Shown in pieces: positions 12,816 to 25,495 of a stretch of DNA of 64,000 nt. Source of the DNA: Squalus acanthias. Taxonomy: Eukaryota. The stretch covers positions 143,222,001-143,286,000 of the forward strand of contig CM059431.1 in assembly GCA_030390025.1 (NCBI GenBank), in the 5' to 3' direction. Every line of letters starts with the position of its first letter. Positions within the stretch are counted from its first letter, which is position 1. Made by a program: the position numbers and the translations under genes. The notes under the pieces are model-generated. The model saw only the letters and a list, made by a program, of their open reading frames with translations, was not told the origin of the DNA and did no database searches.

Positions 12816-14262
12816 AGTCATACGTCTATCTCACCGGGACACTCCACATTGCCCAAATTATTTCCCCTTATCCAAATAGTGCTAACAGTGAAAGGAAACC
12901 ATTCTGTGTGCTTTCCTATTTTGATAACCCCCGGTGCCCCTGCCGATTCCTACAATTATAGTCCCTTTCATCCCAGACTCTCCCCTCTCCTCAGTGGGCC
13001 TTTTCCAATAGGCGGCTGTGAGCTGATTCACTGTTGCTGGCCAGCGCGTTTCTTGTAGACTGAGGCGGCACTTCCTTATATTTGGTGTTGGGTTGTTTCC
13101 CCTTTCAGAAGAAACTGCAGAGATTGAAGCCGCTCCGTTTGGCTTTACCTGTAATGTAACCCAGGGGCCAGAAAGCGGTCCTTAATGTGGGTGATAACAG
13201 GGGCAGAAAGCAAACAATATTCGTCATGTGAATCTTCCACTGATTTCCGACATGTCGGTCTTATTGAAGGAAATCCTGTCGGGAGAGGATGGGGTGGGCT
13301 GAAGGTATTGAGGACCCTCCTGCACTTTGCTATCCAGTTATCTGGTGATCAATGAAATGAGGCGCGGGGCTTGTCAAAGGTGAACATGGTTATTATAGGG
13401 CACTGTTACATGGGGCACTGACTGATGTTACCCTGGCTGCTCCGGGGAGGTCTCTGATCATCGCCTGCCTTTCAGTTGTCATTGGATTGTAAGATTGGTA
13501 GTTGAGAGCCTTTCCTTAGTCCACTCACCACAACCTCCCAGCCCGACGCCGCACACTCAATGCCCATTTAATGTTATTGTTTGGATTGCCGGAGACCTCA
13601 GGGTTCTTTGCTCTGAGTGTTATGGATCCAGTGTCAGTGCTCTGGGTTCTCGTGACTGAATTCGGCCCGTTTCATCACTACATGTGATTGACCAATAAAC
13701 GGGGGCTCTCGGTTTTCTACCCACCAGGCGGGGTTTTAGTGTAAACTCATTTTTTCCCTCTGGCAAGGAAAGCGCGTGCGCTTTTCATGCAGAACAGTCG
13801 GATATTCAACATAACACCGCAAGCTGGAGCTGGCCTCATCCAAAGGGTGGAGTGTTCTGCACATCTGGATCCTTCCCATCACGCTCCCGTTTATGGTCAG
13901 GGATATCGTTGCTCCGTTGATCAATCCCGGGTTTATTCTCCCTCAGCTAGTAGATTATCTGGACAGTGGGATATTAAAGTGAGGCGTCACATTCCTCCCT
14001 TTCGTTTTACCATTACAGCAAACCCTTTCGGAGCCAATATTTTCCATCATCCAAACGGGGCAGATTGAGTCCGGCCTGACATGGTGGAGTCTGTAGCGAG
14101 CAGTTGAGGGCCCATTAGTTGAGAACAGTCACTAAGCTGTGACACTCTCTGCCCCAGTGCTGATTGCAGATGAATGCTTTGTGAATCGGGGTCAGATTCC
14201 TTTCCTGTGCTGAACCAGGAGATTGTGATGATCAGCGGTTCAGTCCCACTGATGGAATCAGT

Positions 14263-14455
14263 ACAACCCAACCCCACGGATCATTGTAAATGGACCGAAC
14301 CACCTAGATACATGTGAGTGACGGGATTGGCCAGGATGGACTGGTTATGACAAGATAATCATCACCACAGCCCAACCCCACTGATCATTGTACATGGACC
14401 GAACAATACAGATATGTGTGGGTGACGGGACTGGCCAGGAAGGACTGTTCATTAC
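14263..14455. repeat. Two diverged tandem copies of a unit of about 105 bp
   Basis: CCCAACCCCAC-GATCATTGTA-ATGGACCGAAC...GTGACGGGA-TGGCCAGGA-GGACTG occurs twice. Confidence 0.8.
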
Positions 14456-16050
14456 AACAACAACGTTCATTTACGTAGCGCATTTAACTTATTAAAATAC
14501 CCCAAGGCACGTTACATGAGCGTAATCAGACAAAATAGGATAGCGAACGAAAGAAGGAGCCATGAGTACAGGTGACCAAAAGCGGGGTCAGAGGTAGGTT
14601 CAAAGGAGAGTCTTAAAGGAAAGAAATGGAGAGGCTTAGGGAGGGGATTCCAGAGTTTAGGTCCTAGACAGCTAAAGGCACGAACTCCAGTGATGGGGCG
14701 AAGGAAGTGGAGGATACACAAGAGGTCAGAGAATGAGCAATGCACAGTTCTCGGAGGATCGTAGGGCTGGAGGAGGTGTCACAGATTGGGAGCGGCGAGG
14801 CCATGGAGGGATTTGAACAGGAGAATGAGAATTTTTAAATCGAGACGATGCTGGAACAGGATCCGATGTAATTCACCGAACAGAGGGTGATGTGTGAATG
14901 GGACTTGGTGCGAGTTCGGATCTGGGCAGCAGTTTTCGGTTGAGCTTCACAGTTTATGGAGGGTGGAAGATGGGAGTCGGGACAGGATAGCATTGGATAA
15001 ACCAGGTCTGGAGGCGGCAAAGACTGGAGGGGTTTAGAGGCAGAATGGGCGGAGCTGGGTGACGTTACACGGTCTTTGTGACGGAGACGATCTGGGGTCA
15101 GAAGGTCAGATGGATGGTCAAATGTGAGACCGAGACTGTGAACAATCTGTTTGAGCCTGAGACATTGGCCAGGGAGGGAGATGGAACCGGTGGCTAGAGA
15201 ACGGAGTTTGTCGCTGGGACCAAGGTCGATGGATTCAGTCTGCCCAATATTTAATTGAAGGAAATGTTGACTCTTCCAGGACCGCATGCCAGTCAAGTAC
15301 TTTGATATCTCAGAAACAGGGAGGTGTGGAGAGAGCTGTTGGTGAGGTAGACAGATGCGTCGTCAGTGTATATATGGAATCTGACGTTGTATTTCCGGAT
15401 GACGTTGCTAAGGGGCAGAATATAGATAGGAGGGCAAAAGAATATAACATTCGGAGACTCCAGATGTAACGGTGCGAAAGCTCGAATTTAAGCCATTGGA
15501 AGATATTCTCTGGCTGTGACTGCATAGGGAGGAGTGGAACCAGGTGACTGCAGTTCACTCAGCTGGAAAATGGAGGAGTGTCATTGAAGAAGGATGGTGT
15601 CGTCAACTGTGTCAAAGTCGGGAAGAATGAGAATGGAAAATACACCATGGTTACAGTCCCATAAGAATATCATTTGTGACTTCAATAAGGACGGTTTCAG
15701 TGCAGTGACAAGGGCAGAAACCTGACTGGAAAAATTCAAACATGGAGCTGCCAGAAAGATCTGGGAGACGGCTATAACTTCAAGGAGAAGAATAGGAGGT
15801 TAGAAATGGGGCGGCTGTTTGCAAAGACAGAGGGGTCAATTGTGGATTTGTTAGGTCGGGGCGATGACCGCAGATTTGAAAGGCTGCGGAAAGTGCTTGG
15901 CTGACGGAATCGTTCATAACATCAGCTAGAATGAGGGCTAGAAAGGGAAGCTTGGTGATCTGCAGTTTAGAGGGAATAGGGTCGGGAGAGCACGAGGTGG
16001 GGCTCGTGGTCAAAATGAGCTCGGAGAGGACACACATGGAAATAGGGAAC
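14455..16050 (-). mobile_element. Decayed L2 LINE
   Basis: (AAC)n tail at 14454-14464. Peptides RAFSCLGPKLWNPLP, FLQLNIGQTE and TSCSPDPIPSKL. Confidence 0.85.
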
Positions 16051-16860
16051 AAAGGGGAATTCCCGATAATACAGTAACTCTTTAATTCCAAACACAGAGC
16101 AGGCGAATTTAGAGGAATACGCCAACTGTTAATTAGAAGTAGAATAAAGGTGACTTTAGTTGAAAACAGTCATTGTTATAATACAACTAAAGTACAGTGA
16201 AACTTAGGAGACTACAGTAACTGGTTAAATATAAATGTGTAATGGTGTATATAGGTGAACACAGTAACTGTTTAATAATAAATGGGGCGCGGTGGATATA
16301 CGGGAACAGATTAATTGTTTAATTATAAATGGGGAATAGGGTATTATAGGGGAACTTAGTATCTGTTTAATTATAAACGGGGAATAGGGAGATTTAGGTG
16401 AACACAGTAATTGTTCAATTAGAATAAGAATGAAGTTGAATGTAATGGAACAGAGTAACTCTTTAATTAGGAATAGAATAAGGTTGAATGTAGTGGAGCA
16501 CAGTAACTGTATAATTATAAATGGGGAATAGGAGGGTATAGGTGAAAATCGTAACTGTTTAATTCAAAATTGGGTACACGGGGATTAGGAACAGAGAACT
16601 GGGGAACTCAGGGAAATAAAATATCTATTTAATTATAAATAGAGAACTGTAAATTTAGGAGAACGCAGTACCGGTTGAATTAGAAATTGGCCTCGTGGAA
16701 CATGTATATAGAAGGAGGACACAGGGGAACATAGTTACTGTTTAATAACAAATAGAATGCACGGAATGTCATGGAACCACAGTATCTGTTTGATTAGAAA
16801 CAGAGAAACTCAAGGGAACACAACAACTGAATAATTAGAAACAGGGACAGGAGAATCATA
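16050..16860 (+). repeat. Degenerate AT-rich tandem repeat of about 42-43 bp
   Basis: Recurring GAACACAGTAACTGTTTAATTATAAATGGGGAATAGG-like units. Confidence 0.8.
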
Positions 16861-19232
16861 GCCATATGGGACTAGATTTGACCCGGTAATGTAATGGGTA
16901 AATTGTTCATGCCTTTGCTCTCTATTTTACTTGCTGATATTAGATGATGTGGTTGATTACACATCGCCGTCTCACGATTGTAACTGGTTGCAGATACATC
17001 GCTGACTGATGGAATTAAAACCTCTGCCTGGTTCCTGACTCCTGCCTTAAATACAGTTGGCCGTCTGAATCCAGTTAAATGAGAATGTGCCGATTACAAA
17101 AAAAACTGCCCACAATTCGCCACCCTTCCCAAAGAAGCTGGATGCCAGCAGGATTGGCAGAGCCTGGGATCACGGGAAATGAAACCAGGTGGCGTTTGGC
17201 TTTTTGAACCTTAGGATGACGCGAGACGTTAAAAAGTGACGGCTAAAGGGGGCGCTTAATCAGAATTAATAAAAAAGCCCAATCACATTTAAAGAACTGA
17301 GGCTATTGTTAGATTAAGGGTTTTCAATAAGATTCGTGAACATTGTAGTGGGGTGTCATCGGTTTATTGAGCATGCAGTACATGCAATAATATTAAACAC
17401 ACACTTAAAAGGCACAAAATAAAGACGCATCTGATGATCGTTGGTTGGGAATTCAAAAGCGTTTCAAATGCTCATTACAACAGCTCGTTTTTATATATTT
17501 CTCTCACTACCTCTACTTCGAAATCCACACAATTCTGTATTACATAAATATATAATAGTTAAAATTCAACTCAATATATACGGTGAATTAATTTACATAT
17601 ATTCATCAATCACGATAGCTTTGTTTACTAAACAAGCTGTGTTTCTCCATTGGGCTTATAATTATTTTCACCTTAGTTCTTTATATAATCAATAGTTTCA
17701 CTCTTGATCCGTATAATTACAATTCTACCAAGTGAAATATTGAATTATAGGTCTTGCTTTGTTTCTGTGTCACTGATGTCAATTAAAAATGACGATGTAT
17801 GTCCAGACGAATTCCTTTGCAGAAGTAACACTTTCTCACACGTTATCAAATGATTAAAGTTCTCTAAAACATTATGAATCACTTTGGGATGGCATGTCTG
17901 TAATTACATATCTGATTACTTCATCCTGAAACTGACCATTGCTGCAGGGTCAGCCCTGGCCCATCAGCCAGCGTAATCATATTTAGACTGACTTCTACTT
18001 CCCTACTTAACACGCAAGGGCTAAAGATTGAAATTACTACAATATAAAGATAAACCAATACAATACAGTATAACATTAACAGAGTTCAGGACAGTCTGAT
18101 TAACCCTATGTTCATAGTGTCCCCTCTGTTGGTGTTAGAGTAATTAAAGCCATCACTAAACAATATCTCATCAGCACCAAATATGTATCTCGACCGACTC
18201 ATTTGCGCAGATCTCTACCCATTGGTTTTACACGTGTTTTCATTCTCTAGAGACGAATTACCCATTTTACACAGTGGTGTTATCAGCGTGACTAACCATG
18301 TTATTACCCGTTCTTCTGCGCATCTTCATCAAATGTTCCACATGCTGGTTGCTTCACGGGCCACACAACATTTCTGCTCACACAGCGATATCCCAAGATC
18401 ACCCAACACAAGATATCCGCTACAAGACACTCCTGCCCTTTCTGGAAATCTATCAATGGATCGGGTGTCTGGAGGTGTTTCATTAGAATCTCTCCCTGCA
18501 TGTCCCGATGTTACAGATAGTGAAAAGCTAACCAATACATTCTCCTCATTGTTCAGTACAAACAAGGACACAACCATTTCCCTCAGAAAGCTATCAATTG
18601 GCCATTGTAACTACACTTTCCTGACTTTTACTATATTGTCTATTAATATCAGGTTACTCAGGTGATTTAAGTAAACCAGGGATGGGTACTGATAATAGTA
18701 TCAGACTGCTTCCATTAATTGAGGGATCTGTAAAAAATGGCCATTGATTAAATAATAATCGTAAGAGATTTAGAACTGAGGGTAGGTGACACCTCTTTAC
18801 ATGGAAAGTTGAGAGACTGTGGATTTAACGGAGGCAGAAATTATATCAATGTTCAATTGTACAGATGGATGAATACAAAAATATTGAAGGGATGTTGAGA
18901 AAGAGCGGGTACAGTGATTGGAAGTAATTGTTAGGGTGGAGGGTAATCGCCGGCTAGGACTGGTTGGGTCGAGCAGCCTGCTCCCCTGTCGTAGCATTCC
19001 AACATGTTGATGAACCGTTGAAATTTTAAGTAAATATCTGTGAACAAAGATGTCTATTGTCACATTGACGAGTCAAGTTCCTACTGTCTCCATCATTCGA
19101 CACTGATCAGGAGACAGGCCCCGTTTTATTGGTCCAGGAGACAATGGGGGGCGGAGTCTGATGGGGAGACCAGCGCCTGCAACATTCACACCGAGATTAT
19201 AGAATTACAAATAACCACCATTGTAACACAAT

Positions 19233-19970
19233 GGCCCAAAAATTAGTGCCGCTACGCGAGAGTACGCACTGCGTACTCTCGCGTATTCTGTCTCCAGTTG
19301 CCGGTTTTCTGCATGCACTGCGCATGCGCTGAAACTGGCACTTGGTGAATGGAAATGGGGGCGGTTCCTAGCTGAACCGCGTGCACGCTACAGGCTGCGC
19401 GCATGCAGTGCACTAAGTGGTTTCAACGCGCAGGTAAGTACGGAAGATTTTACACATAAAAAAAGGAGTAAGACCCACTTTTAACAAGGTAAGTAGTGAA
19501 TTAAGTATTATTTTGAATTTTTTTTAACAGGTATATCTTTTTTAGAGACTTTAAAGACAGGTAAGTTTATTTTTATAACTTTTTAAAAGATTTTAAATTT
19601 TTTCAAAAATTTAATTTTTTATTTAAAATGGTTAATTTATTTAACTATACTTATTTTATTAATGTGATGGGTTTTTTTTTAAATTTAATTGAGGTTTAGC
19701 TGTTCTTTTGGGGGGTATATATTCATAGCTTTCACAGCACTTATGTGAAAGTTATGAATGGAAGATGGTGTGCTGCCATTGGCTCTAACTGAGTCACGTG
19801 ATCCCACAGCGCGCACGAATTAACTACGCCTGTGGGATACGCAATCCCAGCACAGCAGCTGTCCAGAACATCAAGTTCGTGCGAGCTGGAACTGAAAAAG
19901 CCAACGCGCAGTCAGAGATCGCGGGGAAGCCTTACCCTCGCACGAAGGCTTCCTCACGAATTTTTGGGCC
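19233..19970. mobile_element. PIF/Harbinger-like MITE, same family as 6992-7757, inverted
   Basis: TIRs GGCCCAAAAATTAG and CGAATTTTTGGGCC with AAT/ATT flanks. The interior is reverse-complement similar to 6992-7757. Confidence 0.8.
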
Positions 19971-20340
19971 ATTGTTTCTACATTAACGGAAACTGTATAT
20001 AATTATTAAACTGGAGCGTCTCATTGCAGTACCTGCGGTGTGAGGTAGTTATCGCTGACGCCCACATGTTCCACTCCACTGCTAAAGCTCAGTCATGACT
20101 GTTCTCTTTGGATCTTGAGCGGGAAGCGCGCTGTTTTAGCTGAATCGATTCTGTTCACCGGGGAAAGCGATAGACATCAAACACACGGCACAAAGTGGAA
20201 GAAATGTTCTCTGATACCTGTTTGTTTTAACAACAACAACCCATTTCCTTCTTAAAGGACAGACGGCTATTCTGAAATGGAACACCTGCTGTAATTTAAT
20301 TCTAGTTAGAACATGATGCTTCAGATAACTTTTTTATTTT

Positions 20341-22047
20341 TTAACCAAAAAATGTGCAAGGCCATTTCACCACATTCTTCAGCTCTTCCCTGAATTTACT
20401 TTGGGTAGCTGCATAAATACATGTGTTTGTACAGGAACTCAAATACATGAGCATATATCCGGTTTCAGTGGCAATATAGGCAGGAGCTGCATAATCACCT
20501 CGATATTGCGCGGTGTTTGTCAGTCTGGTAGTTAAAAAACTAACGATAGCTGTTAGCCACAACAATATAAAACTGCCCGATACACTGAACAGTAAAATAA
20601 TGGATTTCCTCCGGTTCTCCATCTCTGGGTCGCTCTGATTCTCACTGCTGTGACCCCGGAGTCCCCTGCGGGCTCTACTGGCCACTAAAATGCGTCTGAC
20701 TGTCAAACAATTAAATAGTAAGATCAAAGCAAAAGCAAGCCAAGCAATGAAAATACTTTCCAACCAGGAGTATGCTGCACCTGCAGGCGATGAAAAAAAC
20801 TCCACTCTGGCGCGGCAACCCCAGTGAACATTGTTAATTATTCTCTCAGGTTCATATGCAAACCAAAAAGGGAGGCTCTGTAAACAGATCAGGAGAGAGA
20901 CCGTTGTTATAATCGCGGCCGCAGTTCTCACTGTGCAATACTTTGTTTTAAACTTCTCACAACATATAGCTACAAATCGGTCAAATGTGAACGAGACTGT
21001 AAACCACACCGACACATACAGGGTGACACATTGCATGTACATAATGATCTTACAGACGGCAGTGTAGGACAGGAAGGAATGTGGAAAGTGATGACTGATA
21101 ATGCGGTTCACTGATATATTGATGATCATTACCAGTAGATCTGCTGTTGCCATGGCCACCATGTAGACAGAGATACATTTGGAAAGGCCGCAGTTTCCTC
21201 TGGAGAGAATCAGGATTGTCAGTAGGTTCGCTGTGAGAAAGAGGTGGAAGAGGTCAGTAACGGAGACACTCGGATAAATCTCACAGCTTATTGTGGGGAA
21301 ATGTGCGGATCTGTCCTTATTCAGCGTTATGCTCACGGATCTTTTATCATTAATATAAGCGAGGGTAAAGACACTTTATTTAAAGAAATGAAATCATTGA
21401 GAATACAATATCGAGGGACTGAAAATCCGCCGTCCTTCCAGCAAACTTCAGTCAAATACTAAATATAATTTCACGGCATTTCATTGAAAGATATAATTCA
21501 AATAAAACATTCAGCTGAGAGAAAACAGTTCAATTTAATTCGAAACGCTTCCGAGAGGAGGGGAGCAGCTCCCCGAGCAACAATTATTTCTAAAATTACC
21601 TTCCAAAGTCCAGTGTTGGGTGGAGGTGGCTGAAGTGCCAGGAATGATCAACTTAAAATAGACAGAGCACAAAGGTACGAATCAGATGATTACTATGGAC
21701 AATGAGCAACACCGTCTGAGTGATCTATGTACTGTAGGAGGGCCGGGGAATCCGCCTCGCCCTCCCTCCGTATAGGGATGACAGTTGAGCGCCCGGTGCC
21801 CACGATCTTGCGACCAGAACAGCGCCTCAGCGGCCGCGCGGACTGCCAGAATTCCCGCTGATATTCACCGACTGATCCCGGTGGATCAATGATTCTGCAA
21901 TGAGGACATTCTCGGATTCTGTTACATTAACACTGAGATAGTCAACAACTATTCGACAACAGGATACATTGACTTACCGGGAACACCGAAGGCTGCGAGC
22001 ATATGGTAGTAAATGTCCCTTATCTGTAGAATTGTTGGCCGTATCAT
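20341..22047 (-). CDS. GPR139/GPR142-like class A GPCR, gene 2, intact, 319 aa. Exon 1 22047..21978, exon 2 21230..20341
   Basis: Exon 1 encodes MIRPTILQIRDIYYHMLAAFGVP plus G, then GTAAGT; the acceptor is TTCTCACAG. 70+890=960 nt in frame. Motifs are ANLLTIL, ATADLL, TFDRFV, FILLW and NTCIY. Confidence 0.92.
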
Positions 22048-22125
22048 TATTTTGAATAATGTGTGAATTCTGTCCCGCTTTACGGTTCGGACTGGAGTTT
22101 ATCTGAGATCCGTAAATGCTCCCAA

Positions 22126-22200
22126 TTTATACAAAAATCGTTGCCCCGTGAGAAAATCAGGTGACACAATAAGTGGCGTTAGTTACAGTCACTTAACAAA
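22126..22200 (-). promoter_or_regulatory. Putative proximal promoter of gene 2
   Basis: TATAAA on - at 22126-22131. On +: CCCCGTGAGA at 22144-22153, ATCAGGT, and GCGTTAGTTACAGTCACTTAACAAA at 22176-22200 (23/25 identical to gene 1). Confidence 0.65.
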
Positions 22201-22449
22201 CAAGGAGCGATTTTCCACTTCAGTGCGCCCGGGCCACCACTGGCGAAATTGTAAAGCTCAGTCCATGAAACTCATTCCATTAAAATCATTGAGCGGAAAG
22301 TAATCCCAGAGGGAATGTTTTCTGTGCATGCCCCCTGAACGCTGAAGGGAACATCCCTCCCGGACACCGCGTTAGTTCTTGTGACCTCATTTTAATTCTC
22401 TGAAAACATCAGTCATCCATTGCATAAATTAAATTTGTTATGTACTGTA

Positions 22450-25151
22450 ATGATTACTAGTGGTGACTCAGCTCGAACATGGCTAGTGATGATCCTACTT
22501 TAACACGAACAATAATGACCATATTCTAACATTCATGGTGGTGATGTTATTCTAACATTACTGGTGGTGAATGTACTCCAACATTAGCAGTGGGGACTCT
22601 ACTATAACATTACCGGTGGTGACATTAATCCAGCATTAGAAATTCTGACCACACTCGAACATTACTGGTGATGCCCTACACTAACATTACTGAAGGTGAT
22701 CCCACTTTAACGTTACTGATGGTAGCTATAGACTAACATTAATTGTGTTGGCCCTATCGTAACATTACTGGCGGTAATCCTATTCAAATATTATTGGTGA
22801 TGACCCTACACTAACATAACTGGTGGTGATACTACTCTGAATTTACTGGCGGTGATCCTATTCAAACATTACTGGTGGTGACCCTACTCTAACATTAATG
22901 CTGATGACCTTACTCTATCATTAATGATGGTGGCCCTACTGTATCCTTACTGGTGCTGATTCTACTCTAACATTACTGGTGGTAACCCTAGTCAAATATT
23001 ACAGGTGGATGACCCTACTCTATCATTACAGGTGGGTGAACCTACTCTAACATTACTGGTGAAGACCCAACTCTAACATTACTGGTGGTGACTCTACTCT
23101 ATCATTACTGGTGGTGAACCTATACTATCATAACTGGGGGTGACACTGCTGTAACATTTCTGGTGTAGACCATACTCTAACATTACTGTGGTGAATCTAC
23201 TTTAACATTACTGGCGATGATTCTATTCTAACATTTCTGGTGTTGATGTTAATTTAACATCAATAGTCGTGACCCGCACTAACATTAGTGATGGTGAATC
23301 TATTCTAATTTTACTGCTGCTGCCACTACTAAAACGTTAATGGCAGCAATCGTACTGTTATATTACTTGTGTTTATTCTGCTCTAAGACTGATGGTGACC
23401 CGAATCTAACATTAGTGGTGGTGACATTACTCCAATATTATTGGTGGTGCATCTGCTCTAACATTGCATGTGGTCTCCATATTCTGACGTTAATGATGAG
23501 TACTGTACTCTAACATTACTGCTGGTCATCGCACTGTAAAATTAATAGTGTTAATCCTATTCTAACATAGTGGTGATAATAATCTAACAATTTGGCGGCG
23601 ACCCACTCTAACTTTACTGATGGTAACTATACGCTAACATTAATGGTGTTAGCCCTATCCTATCATTACTGGCGGTAATCCTATTCAAATATTATTGGTG
23701 TTGACCCTACACTAACATTAAGGTGGGGATAGTACACTAATATTAATGGCGGTGATCCTATTCTTTGATTACTGGTGGTGACCATACTCTAACATTAATG
23801 GTGATGACCTGACTCTAACATTACTGATGGTGGCCCTACTCTATCATTACTGGTGGTGAGTCGATCCTAACATTCTGGTGATGACCCTACTCTAACATTA
23901 CTGGTGGTGACCTTACCCTAACATTACTGGTGGTGACTCGACACTACCATTACTGATGCTGACCCTACACTAATATTACTGGTGGTGACCCTACCCTAAC
24001 ATTACTGGTGGTGACTCGACACTAACATTATTGTGTTGACCCTACACTAAAATTGCAGCTGGTGACCCTAATCTAACATTACTAGTTGTGACCCTACAGT
24101 AACATTTCTGGTGATGACTCTACTATATCATTACTGGTGGTCATCCTACTCTAACATTACTGCTCGCGAGCCTACTCTATCATTACTTTTGGTTACCCTA
24201 CTCTAACCTTACTGGTGGTGACCCTACTCTTTCATTACTGGTTGTGAACCCACACTATCATTACTGGTGGTGACCCTACTGTAACCTTACTGTCGGTGAC
24301 CCTGCGCTTACATTACTGCTGATGACCCGACTCTATCATTAATGGTGGTGTCTCTACTCTAAAATTATTGGCAGTGATTATATTCTAATATTACTGGTGA
24401 TGACCCTACTCTATCATTACTGGTGGTGACCCTACTTTATCATTACTGGTGGTGACCCTACTCTAACATTACTGCTGATGACCCTACTTTATCGTTACTG
24501 GTGGTGACCCTACGCTAACATTTCTGGTGTTGACCCTACTCTAAATTTACTGGTGAGGACCCGACTCTAACATTACTGTTGATGACCCTGCTCGAATATA
24601 ACCTGTGATGACCCTACTCTATCATTACTGGTGGTGACCCTACTCTATCATTACTGGTGTTGACCCTACTCTATCTTTACTGGTGTTGACCCTACTCTCA
24701 CAGTACTAGTGATGACCCTACTCTATCATTACTGGTGTTGACCCTACTCTATCATTACTGGTGGTGAGCCTACACTATCATTAATGGCGGTGACCCAATA
24801 TAACATTACTTGTGCCTCCCCGACTCTAACATTACTGGTGTTCATGTTAATTTAACATCAATAGTCGTGACCCCGCACTAATATTAGTGATGGTGACACA
24901 ATTCTAATTTTACTGCTGCTGCCACTACTAAAACGTTACTGGTGGAAACCCTACTGTAATATTACTTGTGTTTATTCTACTCTAAGACTGATGGTGACCC
25001 GGATCTAACATTAGTGGGTTGTCCTTACTCCAATATTATTGGTGGAGCATCTGCTCTAAATTTACATGTGGTCTCCATACTCTGACGTTACTGATGAGTA
25101 CTGTACTCTAACATTACTGCTGGTGATCGCACTCTAAAATGAATAGAGTTA
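22450..25151 (+). repeat. 26-bp minisatellite (AACATTACTGGTGGTGACCCTACTCT) upstream of gene 2
   Basis: About 100 degenerate tandem units are visible, with an internal long-range duplication. Confidence 0.95.
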
Positions 25152-25495
25152 ATGAAGGATGTTCCCGATGGCGGGGAGTCCAGAACCAGGGGTCACAGTC
25201 TAAGGATAAGGGGTAAGCCATTTAGGACTGAGATGAGGAGGAATTTCTTCACCCAGAGAGTGGTGAACCTGTGGAATTCTCTACCACAGAAGGCAGTTGA
25301 GGCCAATTCATTAAATATATTCAAGAAGGAGTTAGATATATTTCTTAAGGCTAAAGGGATCAAGGGATATGGGGAAAAGGCAGGGACAGGGTACTGAATA
25401 TGTATGATCAGCCATGATCTCATTGAATGGCGGAGCAGGCTCGAGGGGCCGAAAGGCCTACTCATGCTCCTATCTTCTATGTTTCTATGTTTCTA
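25152..25495 (+). mobile_element. CR1 LINE 3' end fragment
   Basis: Peptide ESRTRGHSLRIRGKPFRTEMRRNFF and a (CTATGTTT)n tail. Confidence 0.92.

Noticed and set aside
18183..18665. 160-aa ORF (and the 192-aa ORF at 38919-39497)
   Set aside because: No domain is recognisable. The second ORF overlaps a decayed LINE relic and is broken in its paralog at about 57280-57850.
20341..22047. Assigning the symbol GPR139
   Set aside because: These are divergent multi-copy paralogs, so one-to-one orthology with GPR139 is not supported.
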